From Selaginella moellendorffii (lineage: Eukaryota; Plantae; Lycopodiophyta): a stretch of DNA of 64,000 nt. Within the stretch, counting starts at the first letter, position 1; each line of letters opens with the position of its first letter. The position numbers were made by a program, and so were the translations under genes. Positions 38,602-50,063 of the stretch are shown piece after piece. Location of the stretch: positions 186,001 through 250,000 of the forward strand of contig NW_003314361.1 in NCBI RefSeq assembly GCF_000143415.4. The letters are read 5' to 3'. The notes under the pieces were generated by a model. The model did no database searches. It saw nothing but the letters and a program-made list of their open reading frames with translations, and had not been told where the DNA came from.

Positions 38602-39338
38602 CTGCCTTTTCAAATTTTTAAAGTGCCCCCCTTTTCTGTGTGTGTGTGTGTCTGTCTGCGGGTTCGTTGTATCTCTGTGTTTGTGCGCGCTGTGCTCTCC
38701 TATGGCTGCCTCCATGAGCATCTCTGCCCCCACCTCGCGGGGCTTTTGGGACGAGAGTGGAATTTGATGAGGTGGCATGCCACGTGGTATACTTTTATGT
38801 ACTTATAGCATGCCACGTGGACAATGAAGAATAAAAAGAAATAAAGTAGACATTCTAATGCTCCATAACTTCACCACTCTTGAGACTTCATAGGGCTTGA
38901 ATGAGTATTTAAAGCATGCAAACTATTTGCCTAAACTCTGGATTTGGTTTATATGAGCCCTGGAAAAGGATGAAGTTTTGTGTTAAAGGGACAATTGAGT
39001 ATGCTCCACATATGTGACTAACACAATTCATGGAAATATTAGTGCTTGGATGTGATGCAATACCTTCTAGTATATATGCCCCTCCATTTCAAATCAATGA
39101 GCCACATGTATTAATACAATATAGGCTTTGAAGTGTCGAGGACCCTCACTAGATATGCTATTGTCTTCATCTCCAGAAACTTAAAGTATATCTGTGTGCA
39201 AAAAGCAGTTGCACTGTAAAATCCTCTCGAATGCAGAAAAAATTCAAATCCCTGAATAAGAAACTGGCATTACAAACAGAATGCCTCACCTATAGTTCAT
39301 GACTATCGTAGCTTCCACTACTCAACAAACTATTTGAA

Positions 39339-39438
39339 TTGTAACTTGAGAGAATGCTGCCTTCCTCTTCACTCAGCCCCAAATAGAGTTCTATTTGGGG
39401 CTGAGTGAAGAGGAAGGCAGCATTCTCTCAAGTTACAA
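39339..39438. repeat. Perfect inverted repeat, 49-bp arms, 2-nt spacer
   Basis: 39339-39387 is the exact reverse complement of 39390-39438. Confidence 0.97.
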
Positions 39439-40686
39439 GCCCATAGAAATACTTATTGTCAATTCCGTGGAGTTGATTACAGACTCAATTACTGAGTCAA
39501 AGTCGAAAGCACATGTGCTAAAAATTCAAACTGACACTAACCCAAGTCAAAGGAATGGGGATGGCAAGGGCCTTATATAGTAGCCATAAATGCCATCCCA
39601 TGCCATAGCCATGCCACATTGATATCCCCATGGAGTGTTGATTTGGACACATGGCCCCACGTTCATATGGTCGCGTGATGCGCCACGTGTCACGCGACCG
39701 TGGCATGCCGCCACATGGTATACAAATTCCGTGTCATACTTTGCCGCTGCTTGATGAATCGCCTGAGGTACCATTTACCAAGGTTGCTGCTGGGACTGGA
39801 CTGCTGCTGTGGCCAAGGATGTTTGGGAATTGCTGGGCCATGATGGCTGTTGCTGCGAAGACGACCAAGATGGTTGAGGCTGATTCGGATAGTTCCATGG
39901 AGGTGCAGCTTGTGAGAATTATTGTCTACAGATCTTGGTAATGCAGCCATATGCAGCCACTCACTAAAGTGGACCGAACTCCGCTGGTTCATTCTATAAA
40001 GGGCGATTCTAGTGTTTCTTTCGTCCGCACTCCTCAGTGATTCGAGCAAAGATTGGTAGCGAGCGTCGGAGTGCTGGATATAAGGAAGAGTTAGTTTGAT
40101 CTCTTTTGGCAGTGCTGTGTTCGCGAGTGAGAGACACACACATACTCACACTCACAAGAAAAGAGAGAAAAGTGTGTCTAACGCCCAGCTTCTCGACCCC
40201 GCCTTTTCCTGCGTTGCGTTTGGGATCCATCACCTTAGTTGCTCTTGTCGTTTAAAGAGTTACCACCCTGGATGGAAGTAATGTGGAAGTGAAGCAGTGG
40301 TTAATTATTCCCAGAGGCTCGCGCTCGCGCGGTTAAATAACACTCCTTTGTTTTGTTGAGCAACTGCTAGCTTGGACGCTTGCGTGAGTGTTGTTGTCAC
40401 CTTGAACACACACTTTTCTTCTCTCTCTCTCTCTCAAATCCTCTAGAACAAGTTCTTTTCTTCCTTTGCTTCTTAGCCAGAGTTTCATGTCATTGACAAA
40501 AGGAAGAGGAAGAGGAGGAGCAGCACATTTGCTTGCTCTCCAAGCACTAAGATTTCATTCCAAGACCGCTCTTCTGGTGGTCAATTAAAGTTTATGGTCA
40601 TTGGAAAGCTCCTGGAGCTGGAGGGGACATCTTTTGAGTAGAGAGTGAGGATCCTTGGAAGAAGAAGAAACTCTCACTCCACCGCC

Positions 40687-41847
40687 ATGGCCGACGTCGC
40701 GGTCATCATCGGCATAATTGGTTAGTCGATGCAAACGCCTTCAATGCCGCTAAAGTTTGCTTGGAAAATCTCTATTCTCTTTGCCAGGAAACATTACCTC
40801 GATCATGGCGTACGCATCGCCAGTGTAAGTGAATGCTCTGATTCTTCCAGTGGACTTGAGAAGGGACCAAGACTCTAAATCCATTGCTCCATATCCTCAT
40901 CTTCTTATCCTGACCACTTTCATTCCTCCAGGCCTACATTCTGGTACATCTTCAAGAAGAAATCCACCGAGTACTTCTCGGCTCTCCCTTACGTTTGCAC
41001 GCTCCTGACGGTGCTCTTGGGCCTCTACTATGGTTGCATCCGCCCAAACGGCATGCTTATCATCACCATCAACATCGTTGGCATCACCTTCGAGGCCACC
41101 TACCTCGCCATCTTCATCACGTACGCTACCAAGTTTAGCCGGGTGAGATCTATCTCTCATTCTATCTATCCCGTAAATTTTCTTGAATCCAGATCAAGAC
41201 GGTGAAGCTAGTGCTGCTCGATCTGGCGGTGTTTGGCGTGGCGGTGCTTCTCACTATGTTCCTCTCGCATGGCAAGCTCCGGGTGATGCTGGTGGGATCG
41301 ATGTGTTCCGCCGTGGCCATCTCAATGTACGCTGCTCCACTCTCAGTCATGGTAAGCCCAAGATGAAAGAACCAAAGATCTTGGACTAGTACATGATGTG
41401 ACCTTTCTTTGTTCTTGCCAGAGGATGGTGATTCGCACCAAGAATGTGGAGTTTATGCCCATCACGCTCTCGGCCTTTCTCGCCGTCAATGCTTCGCTCT
41501 GGTCGGCCTATTCCTTCTTCTCTCGCGACATCTTCATCGGGGTAATCTCATCGCCTCTCTTGCTTCTTGTCTGCTAAGTTTCGGCATGAATGTAGATTCC
41601 TAGCGCGCTTGGATCGCTCCTCGCCATCGCCCAGGTCTTGCTCTATCTCTTCTACAGAAACGCGAGCAAGAAGCAGAAGAAGGCGGCAGCGACGGATGCC
41701 ACCGACGATCTGGAGATGCAAAAGATCGAGGCCCTCAGCAACATCCCGAGAGCTTGCACTGTAAGCAGCACCACCACCACCATGGAATCAAGACTGGCTG
41801 ACGAGAAGCCAATCAAAAACATGGACGATCAATCCTCTCCAGCTTGA
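40687..41847 (+). CDS. SWEET: SWEET (MtN3/saliva) sugar transporter; 6 exons
   Basis: GIIGNITSIMAYASPVPTFWYIFKKKSTEYFSALPY, MYAAPLSVM, VIRTKNVEFMP. Confidence 0.95.
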
Positions 41848-42229
41848 TCCCCTGGCTTTTACCCAAGAAGAAACGAACAGGAATTCTACCAATCAGTCAG
41901 TTCGCTTAAGAAAGGTGGTGGGTTTGACAGTGTCAGCGAAATCTCCCAGCTTTTAATCTGGATTCACAGTTATATTTAGAATCGAAGGAAAATGTGTTCC
42001 TCCCGGAAACATGCATGTTTTACACCTGTATCCCACGCAACTCGCCGCCATTGGAAATAAAACACGAGGAGCAACGCTCGAGGAAAAACAAACCATACCT
42101 TTCCATCTATGCGAGCTTGCCTCGTTTAAAGCTTTGGAAGTTTATTCTTACTTAGATCAACACAGCCTTTGTTTCCTGGCTCGTCTCGGCTAAAACGAAA
42201 CCACAGGCCCCGCAAACTTAATAGGCCGA

Positions 42230-42730
42230 TTACCCTCGGCTGGACGATACTTCTCTCCGCAAAGCTGGGACTGGAGCTGGAGCTGGAGCAACGAGCCTAG
42301 ATGACGACACCACGAACTTCTTGTCGCCGATCTCGTTGGGTTCTACCGCTATCGCCGGACCGGGGAAAGCTCCAGGGAGGCCAGGAGGGGGTGGCTGGAG
42401 TCGAGGAAGCGACGGAGGTGCACCGGATCTTCCAGTCCCATAACCAGGCCTACTTCCTCCATAGCCTCCACCACCACCATTGTAGCCTCCATAGCCACCA
42501 CCACCATTGTAGGCGCCGCCACCACCGCTGCCGTATCCCCCACCATAGCCGGGCCCTCCCATCCCCGCTCCAGCTCCATACCCGGGGCCGTAGCCATAAC
42601 CCGGCCTCCGAAACATGAGCTCACGGCGGCCACCGCGCGGCTTGGAGCCTACGTCGTTCCCAAACGCTTGGACGAGCAGCAACGAGAGCAGCATCAAGAG
42701 CAGAGCCAGTGTTCTTACGAGCAGTGTCAT
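42230..42730 (-). CDS. Secreted glycine/tyrosine-rich protein with Pro-rich tail
   Basis: Hydrophobic signal peptide MTLLVRTLALLLMLLSLLLVQA, GGYNGGGG repeats, APAPAP; TATA-like TATATAAA upstream at ~42806-42813. Confidence 0.75.
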   Translation of the reverse strand: MTLLVRTLALLLMLLSLLLVQAFGNDVGSKPRGGRRELMFRRPGYGYGPGYGAGAGMGGPGYGGGYGSGGGGAYNGGGGYGGYNGGGGGYGGSRPGYGTGRSGAPPSLPRLQPPPPGLPGAFPGPAIAVEPNEIGDKKFVVSSSRLVAPAPAPVPALRREVSSSRG

Positions 42731-43084
42731 CGTCTCTCCTGAAAGAAAGGAGCAGCGAGCGTTTCAGTGAGTGACTCAAGTCAAGAAAGCCTGTGAACTC
42801 ACCACTTTATATATGGCTCTCGACTGGGAGGTACTGTTTAGTAGATAGACACACCAAGCTTGCTTTTAGTGGATTGGTGCACTCACGCGCAAATTTTTTT
42901 CTGTAAGAGCTGCCGACCTGCCAGACCATGAAATTTGTGTTTCCGAGAGGTTGGAGACCTCTCCCGCGATTCCAAAAGAATACAAACATCCCAGAAACCA
43001 CAACGAGAATCTAGGAACGAACGAACTTATCTTATCCGGGTTTGGGAAAAACAGCAATCCTTAGTTGGATAAGTCAAAACAAGC

Positions 43085-43597
43085 TTAGATCCGGCTGGGG
43101 TACATGAAGACCCGGACTCTTCCACCCTGCGATTGCAATGTAAGAACCAAGATCCACAAAAGAAACGCAGAAAAATCCCCGCGAGAAACTTACCAGAGAC
43201 TTTGGAGGGAGATTCCTGCGGAACTTGGCGCGCACGACGCCGCTGGTCCCGTGAGGCCTCGTCACACGTCCCCACATGCATCGGTAGAGCGAGCCATTCT
43301 TCTTGGTCTTGGCCTTGTAGATGTAGGCGAGCCTCTTGCCTTGGTACCACGCCACTTCCTCCTTGGTGTTCACTCCCTGGATCTGGAGGAGCGAGGTGTT
43401 GGGATACTGGTTCGACTTGGATCTAGCAACAGAGAAAGCACCGTGAATTCCAGCCGCGAATGCGCGACAACCAAAACACTCACCGCTTGTATCCCAGAAT
43501 CGTCGCCGGAACGTAAAGCCTGAAAGATCCAAATCAATCCACACAGCCGCAGGTAAAGATCGCAAGCATCGCACCTGATCGGCTCGCCCTTGCCCAT
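43085..43597 (-). CDS. RPL35A: 60S ribosomal protein L35a (eL33); 4 exons
   Basis: [50 protein letters not shown]. Confidence 0.96.
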
Positions 43598-43741
43598 CGT
43601 CGCCGCCTCGCAAAACACTGAAGAACCCTAAACCTGAACACCAAAATGCTGACCTAGATCCAACGGCGACAAGCAATCTAGATTAGGGCGGCAGAGTTTT
43701 ATGAGGTCCGGCGTTCGAATATAGTCAAGTGGAGTTTTCTG

Positions 43742-45272
43742 TTAATTGAAAGAATGGTTATTATTACAAACACCATTGGACGCGGTCAACTTGTGGTCGT
43801 CGATGACCATCTTGAGGTCGGATTGCTGTAAGGTCTTGGCGGTCAACGCCCCGGCCGGGCTGCGAAGATTCAACCACGCCACGATGTCCGCGAAGACGCG
43901 CTCGATGTTCTCGTCGGATTCACCCACGGTGAGGCCATGCCACATCTCCGGGTAGAGATTGAGCGTCTTGTCAGTGCTCCGCGCGCGCTTGTGTAGCTCC
44001 ACGCTACACGCGGGGTCCGTGACCGTGTCTTCTTTCCCATGAACGACGAGGAATGGAAATGTGACCTGCGTGAAACAGACACGCAGCCAAACCAACGGCG
44101 TCAGCTCGCTAGTCATCAATTCGCAATCCAGCGCTAGTCCATCAATTCCAAACAGTTTCCATCAATCTGCTACTCCAGCATACAGGGAAAGCAATCCAAG
44201 TCGAGGAGAGTGAAGCGCAGTTATGCGTACGTACCTCGTCCAATCTCTGTTCCAGGTCTGTGCTCGCCACCATCATCTGTAGCGCCGTCTGGACCCGCGG
44301 CTTGTCTTGGTATACGTACGGATTTGCTCTTATCTGTTCATGGACGTTTAGTCGTGAGAGAAAAAGGATCACCCATCGATATCATACCTCGTCTCTCTTG
44401 ATGGGGTCCTTGAAGGCGTGGTCAATGATGTTTTTGCTGGGAACAATCTTCCACGACTTGATCAGTGGAGACAGTCGCGTGAGGATGCTCACGATCACTG
44501 GGTGTGGCTTGAGTTTCTCGGAGATCTGTGAGAAAAACAAAGCACAAGAAACGAATGCCAAAAAGTCAGAAACGAGGAACAGTTCGCGAGAAATCGTTGC
44601 CGAAGAAACAGGAACGATAAAGAAACAGTGAAACGATTCGAGCGGAGCGATGGAGAGAGGGGAAGAGTTGACCTTGCACATCGGAGCGACAAGAACGGCT
44701 CCGTTCCAATCCATTGGCTCCTTCCTGTGGATCAAGAGCGCCACCGCTCCACCCATGGATTCGCCATACAGAAACCTCGCCTTGTTCTTGTAATCGGGCA
44801 TCTCTACAGGCGTTCGATCATGAGAAATCGATCCAAGAGCGTTATAGTTACCTCGAATGGATCGAAAGTAGGAGCTGCAATCGTCCACCACGTCCGAGAA
44901 TCTCTCCACAAGGCACACAGCTCCCTCCGATTTGCCGTGGCCTTCATAGTCGATCCCAAAGACCGCGTAGCCTGCCTGTGCCAATCTCGTCCCCGTGCCT
45001 CGCATGAAGATGCTACACTCGACTCCATAGCCTAGCCACGATTCACTCCACTCAGAAAAAAGAAATCAAAAGATTTAAGAACGGACTCACCATGGCAGAG
45101 GAAAACGAGAGCTTTCACTTCCTGGTTGGCAGGAAGCCAGCTACAAGTGAAGAGCTTCACCCCTCTCGCGCTCTTGATGTATCCCTGCCAAACCACAAGA
45201 ATTAGGGGTCGCCCCAGAAAAATCCCATGCTTGTACCGATTGGAATGCAACGCTGCCGCTGGCTACTGCCAT
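43742..45272 (-). CDS. Alpha/beta hydrolase, monoacylglycerol lipase / caffeoyl-shikimate esterase-like; multi-exon
   Basis: VFLCHGYG, DYEGHGKSEG, GESMGG, VHGKEDTVTDP, MWHGL. Confidence 0.92.
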
Positions 45273-45532
45273 GATCGATCGATCTACCTATAGATCGCCT
45301 CGACAATTTTCCGCCCTGTTCTTCGATCAAAGCGCGATTTTGGGTGGGCAAGGTGAAACAGGGGACACCATGCGCGTGGTGAGCAGCAAAAAAAAATCTA
45401 AACAAAAAAGAAAGCCGACGACCGCGACCGATGCGCTCGATCCCGGCGGGGCAAAGAAGAAGAAGAAGAACCCAAATTCAAAGAGAATATTCCCGGGGCG
45501 GTTTCTAGGGTTTGAATGGTTCAATCCATGGA

Positions 45533-47167
45533 ATGGTCGTTAGGAAGCTGCTGAGCGTGGAGGAATGGGCGGGTCTCGTTCGATCTTGCAAGAGCGTCTC
45601 GCAGCTCCGGAGCGTCCACGCTCTCATCACCGCTCGCCACACTCTCTTCAAGGGGAACGCCGGGATATATCTCTCCAATGTGCTCATCCAGATGTATGGC
45701 CGCTACGACAGCGTCGACGACGCGATCCAGGTGTTCGACTCCATCGCCCTCAAGAACAGCCACTCGTGGACGATGATGCTCGCCGCTTGCGTCCACAACC
45801 AGCGCTTCGTGGAGGCGACGCTCATCTTCCGGAAAATGCCCGACCCGGACACTGTCTCGGGGGCGGTGATGATCGGGGTCTTCTCGCGCCGGGGAATGGC
45901 CGACGAGGCCAAACGCACATTCGATCGAGTGCCCAAGAACGTCGTGTCGTGGAACACTCTCGTCGCGGTGTATGCCCAGAGAAGGCATCTGGAGGAGATG
46001 GAGATCCTGGCGGAGAGAATGCCGATGCACGACGGGGTCACCTGGGCCACCATGATCGCCGCCTACAACCAGCTCGGCCTCGCAGCCACTGCCAAGGCGA
46101 TGTTTGACTCAGTTCCCGAGAGAAGCCCACAGTCTTGGACGAGCATGCTCGTCTCCATCGCACAATCCGGCGATCTCGACCAGGCCAAAACCATGTTTGA
46201 CGAGATGCCGGGCCGAGACGTGGTGGCGTGGACCGCGCTCCTCGCCGCCTCCGCCCACGCCGCTCACCTCCGCCACGCAAAAGCCCTGTTTGATCGAATA
46301 CCCATGCGCGACATGGCCGTGTGGGCCGCCATGCTCGTGTCGTACGGCCGGCACGGGTTGGTCAACGCTGCCCGCGACCTCTTCCTGGATATGCCGTCGC
46401 AGGACGAGTACACGGTCAACGCGATGCTCGTGGCATATGCCCAGAACGGGCAGGTGCCGCAGGCGAAGGCCATGTTTGACTGCGGCATGCCGCGGCGCGA
46501 CGTGGTAGCGTGGAATGCGCTCTTTGCGGCGTATGCCCAGGCAAGGGATACACGTGGCGCGCTCTCCATGTTCCAGCGCATGCCCATGTGGGACGTGCTT
46601 ACGTGGAATACCATGCTGGCAGCCCATGCCCGCGAAGGGGATGTTGGCGCCGCCGGCGGCTTCTTTGCGGGAATGCCCGCGCAGGACATTCTGGCGTGGA
46701 ATACCCTCCTGGGGGCGTACGGAGATAGTGGCCATTTCTCCCTCGCCCTCCAGGCCTTCCAGCTCATGGCGCACCATGGTGTACGGCCCGACGACGTGAC
46801 GTTCCTGTGCTTGCTGCTCGGCTGCAACCACGGCGGTACCGTGGCTACCGCGCGGTGCGTGTTCCTGGACATGGTTCGCGACCACGGCATACCGCCCATT
46901 AAGCTTCACTACAGCTGCTTGGTGGATGCATTGGGACGATCTGGGCACTTGGAAGACGCGGAGGACCTGATTGCGAGCATGCCCTTCATGCCGGATGATG
47001 TGGACTGGCACTGCTTGCTCGCGGCTTGCAAAATTCACAGCGACCGCGAGAGGGCGACTCGAGCAGCGCGTCATGCCGTTGGAATCGGGGAAAGCGATCC
47101 CGCGCATTACGTGCTCTTCGCGAGTATGCTCCGGACCAAGCAGCACGTCACTCTTGATTGCGATTGA
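45533..47167 (+). CDS. PLS-class PPR protein with tandem 31-aa SS motifs and E domain, no DYW
   Basis: Repeated A..MFD.MP..DVVAW...L.AYA..G; HYSCLVDALGRSG, WHCLLAAC. Confidence 0.92.
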   Translation: MVVRKLLSVEEWAGLVRSCKSVSQLRSVHALITARHTLFKGNAGIYLSNVLIQMYGRYDSVDDAIQVFDSIALKNSHSWTMMLAACVHNQRFVEATLIFRKMPDPDTVSGAVMIGVFSRRGMADEAKRTFDRVPKNVVSWNTLVAVYAQRRHLEEMEILAERMPMHDGVTWATMIAAYNQLGLAATAKAMFDSVPERSPQSWTSMLVSIAQSGDLDQAKTMFDEMPGRDVVAWTALLAASAHAAHLRHAKALFDRIPMRDMAVWAAMLVSYGRHGLVNAARDLFLDMPSQDEYTVNAMLVAYAQNGQVPQAKAMFDCGMPRRDVVAWNALFAAYAQARDTRGALSMFQRMPMWDVLTWNTMLAAHAREGDVGAAGGFFAGMPAQDILAWNTLLGAYGDSGHFSLALQAFQLMAHHGVRPDDVTFLCLLLGCNHGGTVATARCVFLDMVRDHGIPPIKLHYSCLVDALGRSGHLEDAEDLIASMPFMPDDVDWHCLLAACKIHSDRERATRAARHAVGIGESDPAHYVLFASMLRTKQHVTLDCD

Positions 47168-47225
47168 GAGCGACCAAAACTCTGCGGAAATGGATCGCTA
47201 GGCTTATGGCGGAAGAGAGGAGTCG

Positions 47226-49022
47226 ATGCAACAAGCCGAGGTCTCGGTGTTCGCGAGCTTAGTGAAATCCTGCGGCAACTTCAAGGATCTAAAGCAGGGA
47301 AGACACATCCACTCCCAGATCTTGCAATGGCCGTATTGCCAGAAGAACGTTTTTCTATCAAATCTTCTGGTGGAGATGTACGGCAAGTGCGGGAGCATCA
47401 AGGACGCGCAAATGGTGTTCGATGGCACAGCTCCACGCAACGAATTCTCGTGGACAATCATGATCACCGCATATGCCCAGAATGGGTATCTATCAGAATC
47501 ACGCAGAGTGTTCGACTTGATGCCCGCCGCAAATGTTGTCTCGGCCACCGCAATGATCACTGCCTACAATCAGTACGCCTATCTCCGAGAGGCAAGAGAG
47601 ATTTTCGATGTGATGCCTACGAAGAATCTCGTTACTGGGAACGCAATGGTGGCGGCATATGCCCAGTGTGGGGATCACAAAGGCGCTAGGGAGTTTTTTC
47701 ATGGGATGCCCATTCGGGACGTGATCTCGTGGACGTCGCTCGTTGCCATGTACGCGGAGGAAGGCAGCGTGGAGGAATCGAAGCATGTTTTCGATCGGAT
47801 GCCGCAGTGGAATGTGGTGACGATGAATGCGATCATCCAAGCCTATGCAGAGAGTGGCCGGATTGCCGATGCAGGCAAGCTCTTTCACGAGATGCCGGAG
47901 CACAACGTTGTCTCCTGGACAGCCATGGTCACCTCGTATGCCCAGGATGGGTATCTGGAAGACGCTAAGGCTATGTTTGCGAAGATTCCCCAGTGGAGCT
48001 CCATCACTTGGAATGGGATGATCGCGGGATATGCCCATAAGGGGTATCTACAGAATGCAAAGGGATACTTTGACGAGATGCCCGAGCAGGATCAAGTTTC
48101 GTGGACAACAATGGCGGCTGCTTATGGCGATTGTGGGCTTGTCAACAGCGCCAAGAGCGTGTTTGATTCTATGCCCCTTCACAACGTTGTTGCCTGGAGC
48201 ACCATGGTGGAGGCGTATGCCCACAATGGCTGCTTGGATCAAGCAGGCAGCGTCTTTGCAAGAATGCCGAAGAGAAACCTTGTGTCATGGAATTTGATGA
48301 TCGTATACGCGCAAAAGAAGCACTTGGAGGAAGCAAAATCGCTGTTTGAGGCTATGCCGCAGAGGAACGTTGTGTCGTGGACGGCTCTGCTCGATATACA
48401 TGCGCAAAACGGGCATCTGGTGCTTGTAAAGGAGATTTTTGATCGGATGCCGCAGTGGGATGTTGTCGCATGGACCGCTCTCGCAGGAGCCTATGCTGTT
48501 AGCGGGAGCGTCGATCGAGCAAAAGAACTCTTTGAGAGAATGCCTGGACAGAGCTTGGTCACCTGGTCGTGTATGATAGCATCCTATGCCCAAAATGGGC
48601 ATTGCAACGAGGCTCTGGAGCTCTACCATTTGATGAACCTTGGAGGAATTCCTGTTGACGATGTGGCCTTCATCGGGATTCTCGGCGCTTGCAGCCATGG
48701 CGGCCTCGTCGAGATTGGAAAGCACCACTTTGTATCGATGTGCACGGATCACTGGATTGCGCCATTGGTGGATCACTACTGCTGCATTGTGGACGCGTTT
48801 GGGAGGAGCGGCCGCGTGAGAGAGGCCCAGGAGCTCCTCGAGAGCATGCCCTTTCTTCCCGACGGTGTGGCGTGGACGATCGTGCTGGGTGCGTGTAGAA
48901 TGCACGGGGATGTCGAGAGAGGGGAGTATGCTGCCGATCAGATTGTCAAGCTCCAGCCCGCGAGATCTTCGTGCTACCAGCTGCTATCAAACGCTTACAA
49001 GCAAAGATCCAGCAAGAGGTGA
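47226..49022 (+). CDS. PLS-class PPR protein with tandem SS motifs and E domain, no DYW
   Basis: Repeated FDRMPQWNVVSW motifs; ACSHGGLV, HYCCIVDAFGRSG, WTIVLGAC. Confidence 0.93.
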   Translation: MQQAEVSVFASLVKSCGNFKDLKQGRHIHSQILQWPYCQKNVFLSNLLVEMYGKCGSIKDAQMVFDGTAPRNEFSWTIMITAYAQNGYLSESRRVFDLMPAANVVSATAMITAYNQYAYLREAREIFDVMPTKNLVTGNAMVAAYAQCGDHKGAREFFHGMPIRDVISWTSLVAMYAEEGSVEESKHVFDRMPQWNVVTMNAIIQAYAESGRIADAGKLFHEMPEHNVVSWTAMVTSYAQDGYLEDAKAMFAKIPQWSSITWNGMIAGYAHKGYLQNAKGYFDEMPEQDQVSWTTMAAAYGDCGLVNSAKSVFDSMPLHNVVAWSTMVEAYAHNGCLDQAGSVFARMPKRNLVSWNLMIVYAQKKHLEEAKSLFEAMPQRNVVSWTALLDIHAQNGHLVLVKEIFDRMPQWDVVAWTALAGAYAVSGSVDRAKELFERMPGQSLVTWSCMIASYAQNGHCNEALELYHLMNLGGIPVDDVAFIGILGACSHGGLVEIGKHHFVSMCTDHWIAPLVDHYCCIVDAFGRSGRVREAQELLESMPFLPDGVAWTIVLGACRMHGDVERGEYAADQIVKLQPARSSCYQLLSNAYKQRSSKR

Positions 49023-49553
49023 TGGAAAACCTAGATTCTTTTCTAGAGAATATGCTAATAGAAGATTCTTTTTTCAGGAGAGAATATGCTAGATTCTTTC
49101 TAGTAGCATTTTTTAATGGCAAGAGGAGTGGTGCCAAAGTCCTTGTGCTATTTAGATTCTATTTGCTAGAGTTAGAGTGTTTGTTTATTTATTTCCTTGC
49201 AGCTCTAGAGAATGGAGAATCTTCATGGTTACCAAAGCGCAAATTGTAAGTCTTCTTCAGAGATTTAATCATTTCTTCTGAGGGGAAAGAAAATGAAAGC
49301 AACATTGCATTGCCTTGTTTGTGTCTCAAAATTCATGAAAAACTAACTCAGCCTTTTTTGCCATGTGTTTAATCCAAGCTGTTTAGGAAAGTAAAGTTAG
49401 ATTTGAATATAAGGCCATTACTATAAAAGCCTTGTAATCACCTTTATAGTAGTGAAAATGTGTGCTCTACATGCTTAATGAGAAACTGTGTTCTACCCTG
49501 ACTTGACTCCTAGCAGGTTTGCAACAAGTTGGTGACAAAGGTTTTAGAAGTCA
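49022..49553 (+). pseudogene. Collapsed, AT-drifted relic of the O-fucosyltransferase/GCP5/PCC13-62 block (~49982-55082)
   Basis: Colinear short matches to ~49982-50135, ~51373-51505 and ~54931-55082. Confidence 0.75.
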
Positions 49554-50063
49554 TTTTTGCAACTTTATATTATATTAGTTGTGGAGTATTTATGTCCTAA
49601 GTTAGACATCAGTATGTTAAAATAACACTAAATTCCATTTGACTCTATTTTGCATGCATTGGGATACTAAATGCTTTATGACTATTTCATTATCACTTTC
49701 TTTTGTTCTATATTTTGGTTCTTTTACTTTTAAGTTTAGTTATATTCCTTCATTCAATAGTCTATCATCACCTTTAGCATATGTATCCAAAGATTAAATT
49801 CTTCATAATTATCTTATAATAAATCATTATAAGGTAGAAAGTAAAAACCACATGCATTACACTCTAAAATCTTAAAGCCCAAAGTAAACATGGAAATGTC
49901 AAAAAAGAGGGGAATATGTTGCCAACCACATTGCCAGGGATCTTCATACTACTAACTGCTATCAAACGTAGAAGGGCGAATATGAAAAGCTAGATTTTTT
50001 TCTAGCGAATATGCCAATTGAAGATTAACATGCCAATGAAACACCTAGATTCTTTTCTAGTCA

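Noticed and set aside
40098-40110. miR399-like 13-mer (TGCCAAAAGAGAT on the minus strand); similar partial match near 38695
   Set aside because: The 3' half does not match and no supporting hairpin was seen
39690-40139. 149-aa minus-strand ORF upstream of SWEET
   Set aside because: Non-ATG start and no recognisable domain
46109-47146. Long antisense ORFs (also 26241-27080 and 62693-63667)
   Set aside because: Shadow frames of GC-rich or repetitive real genes
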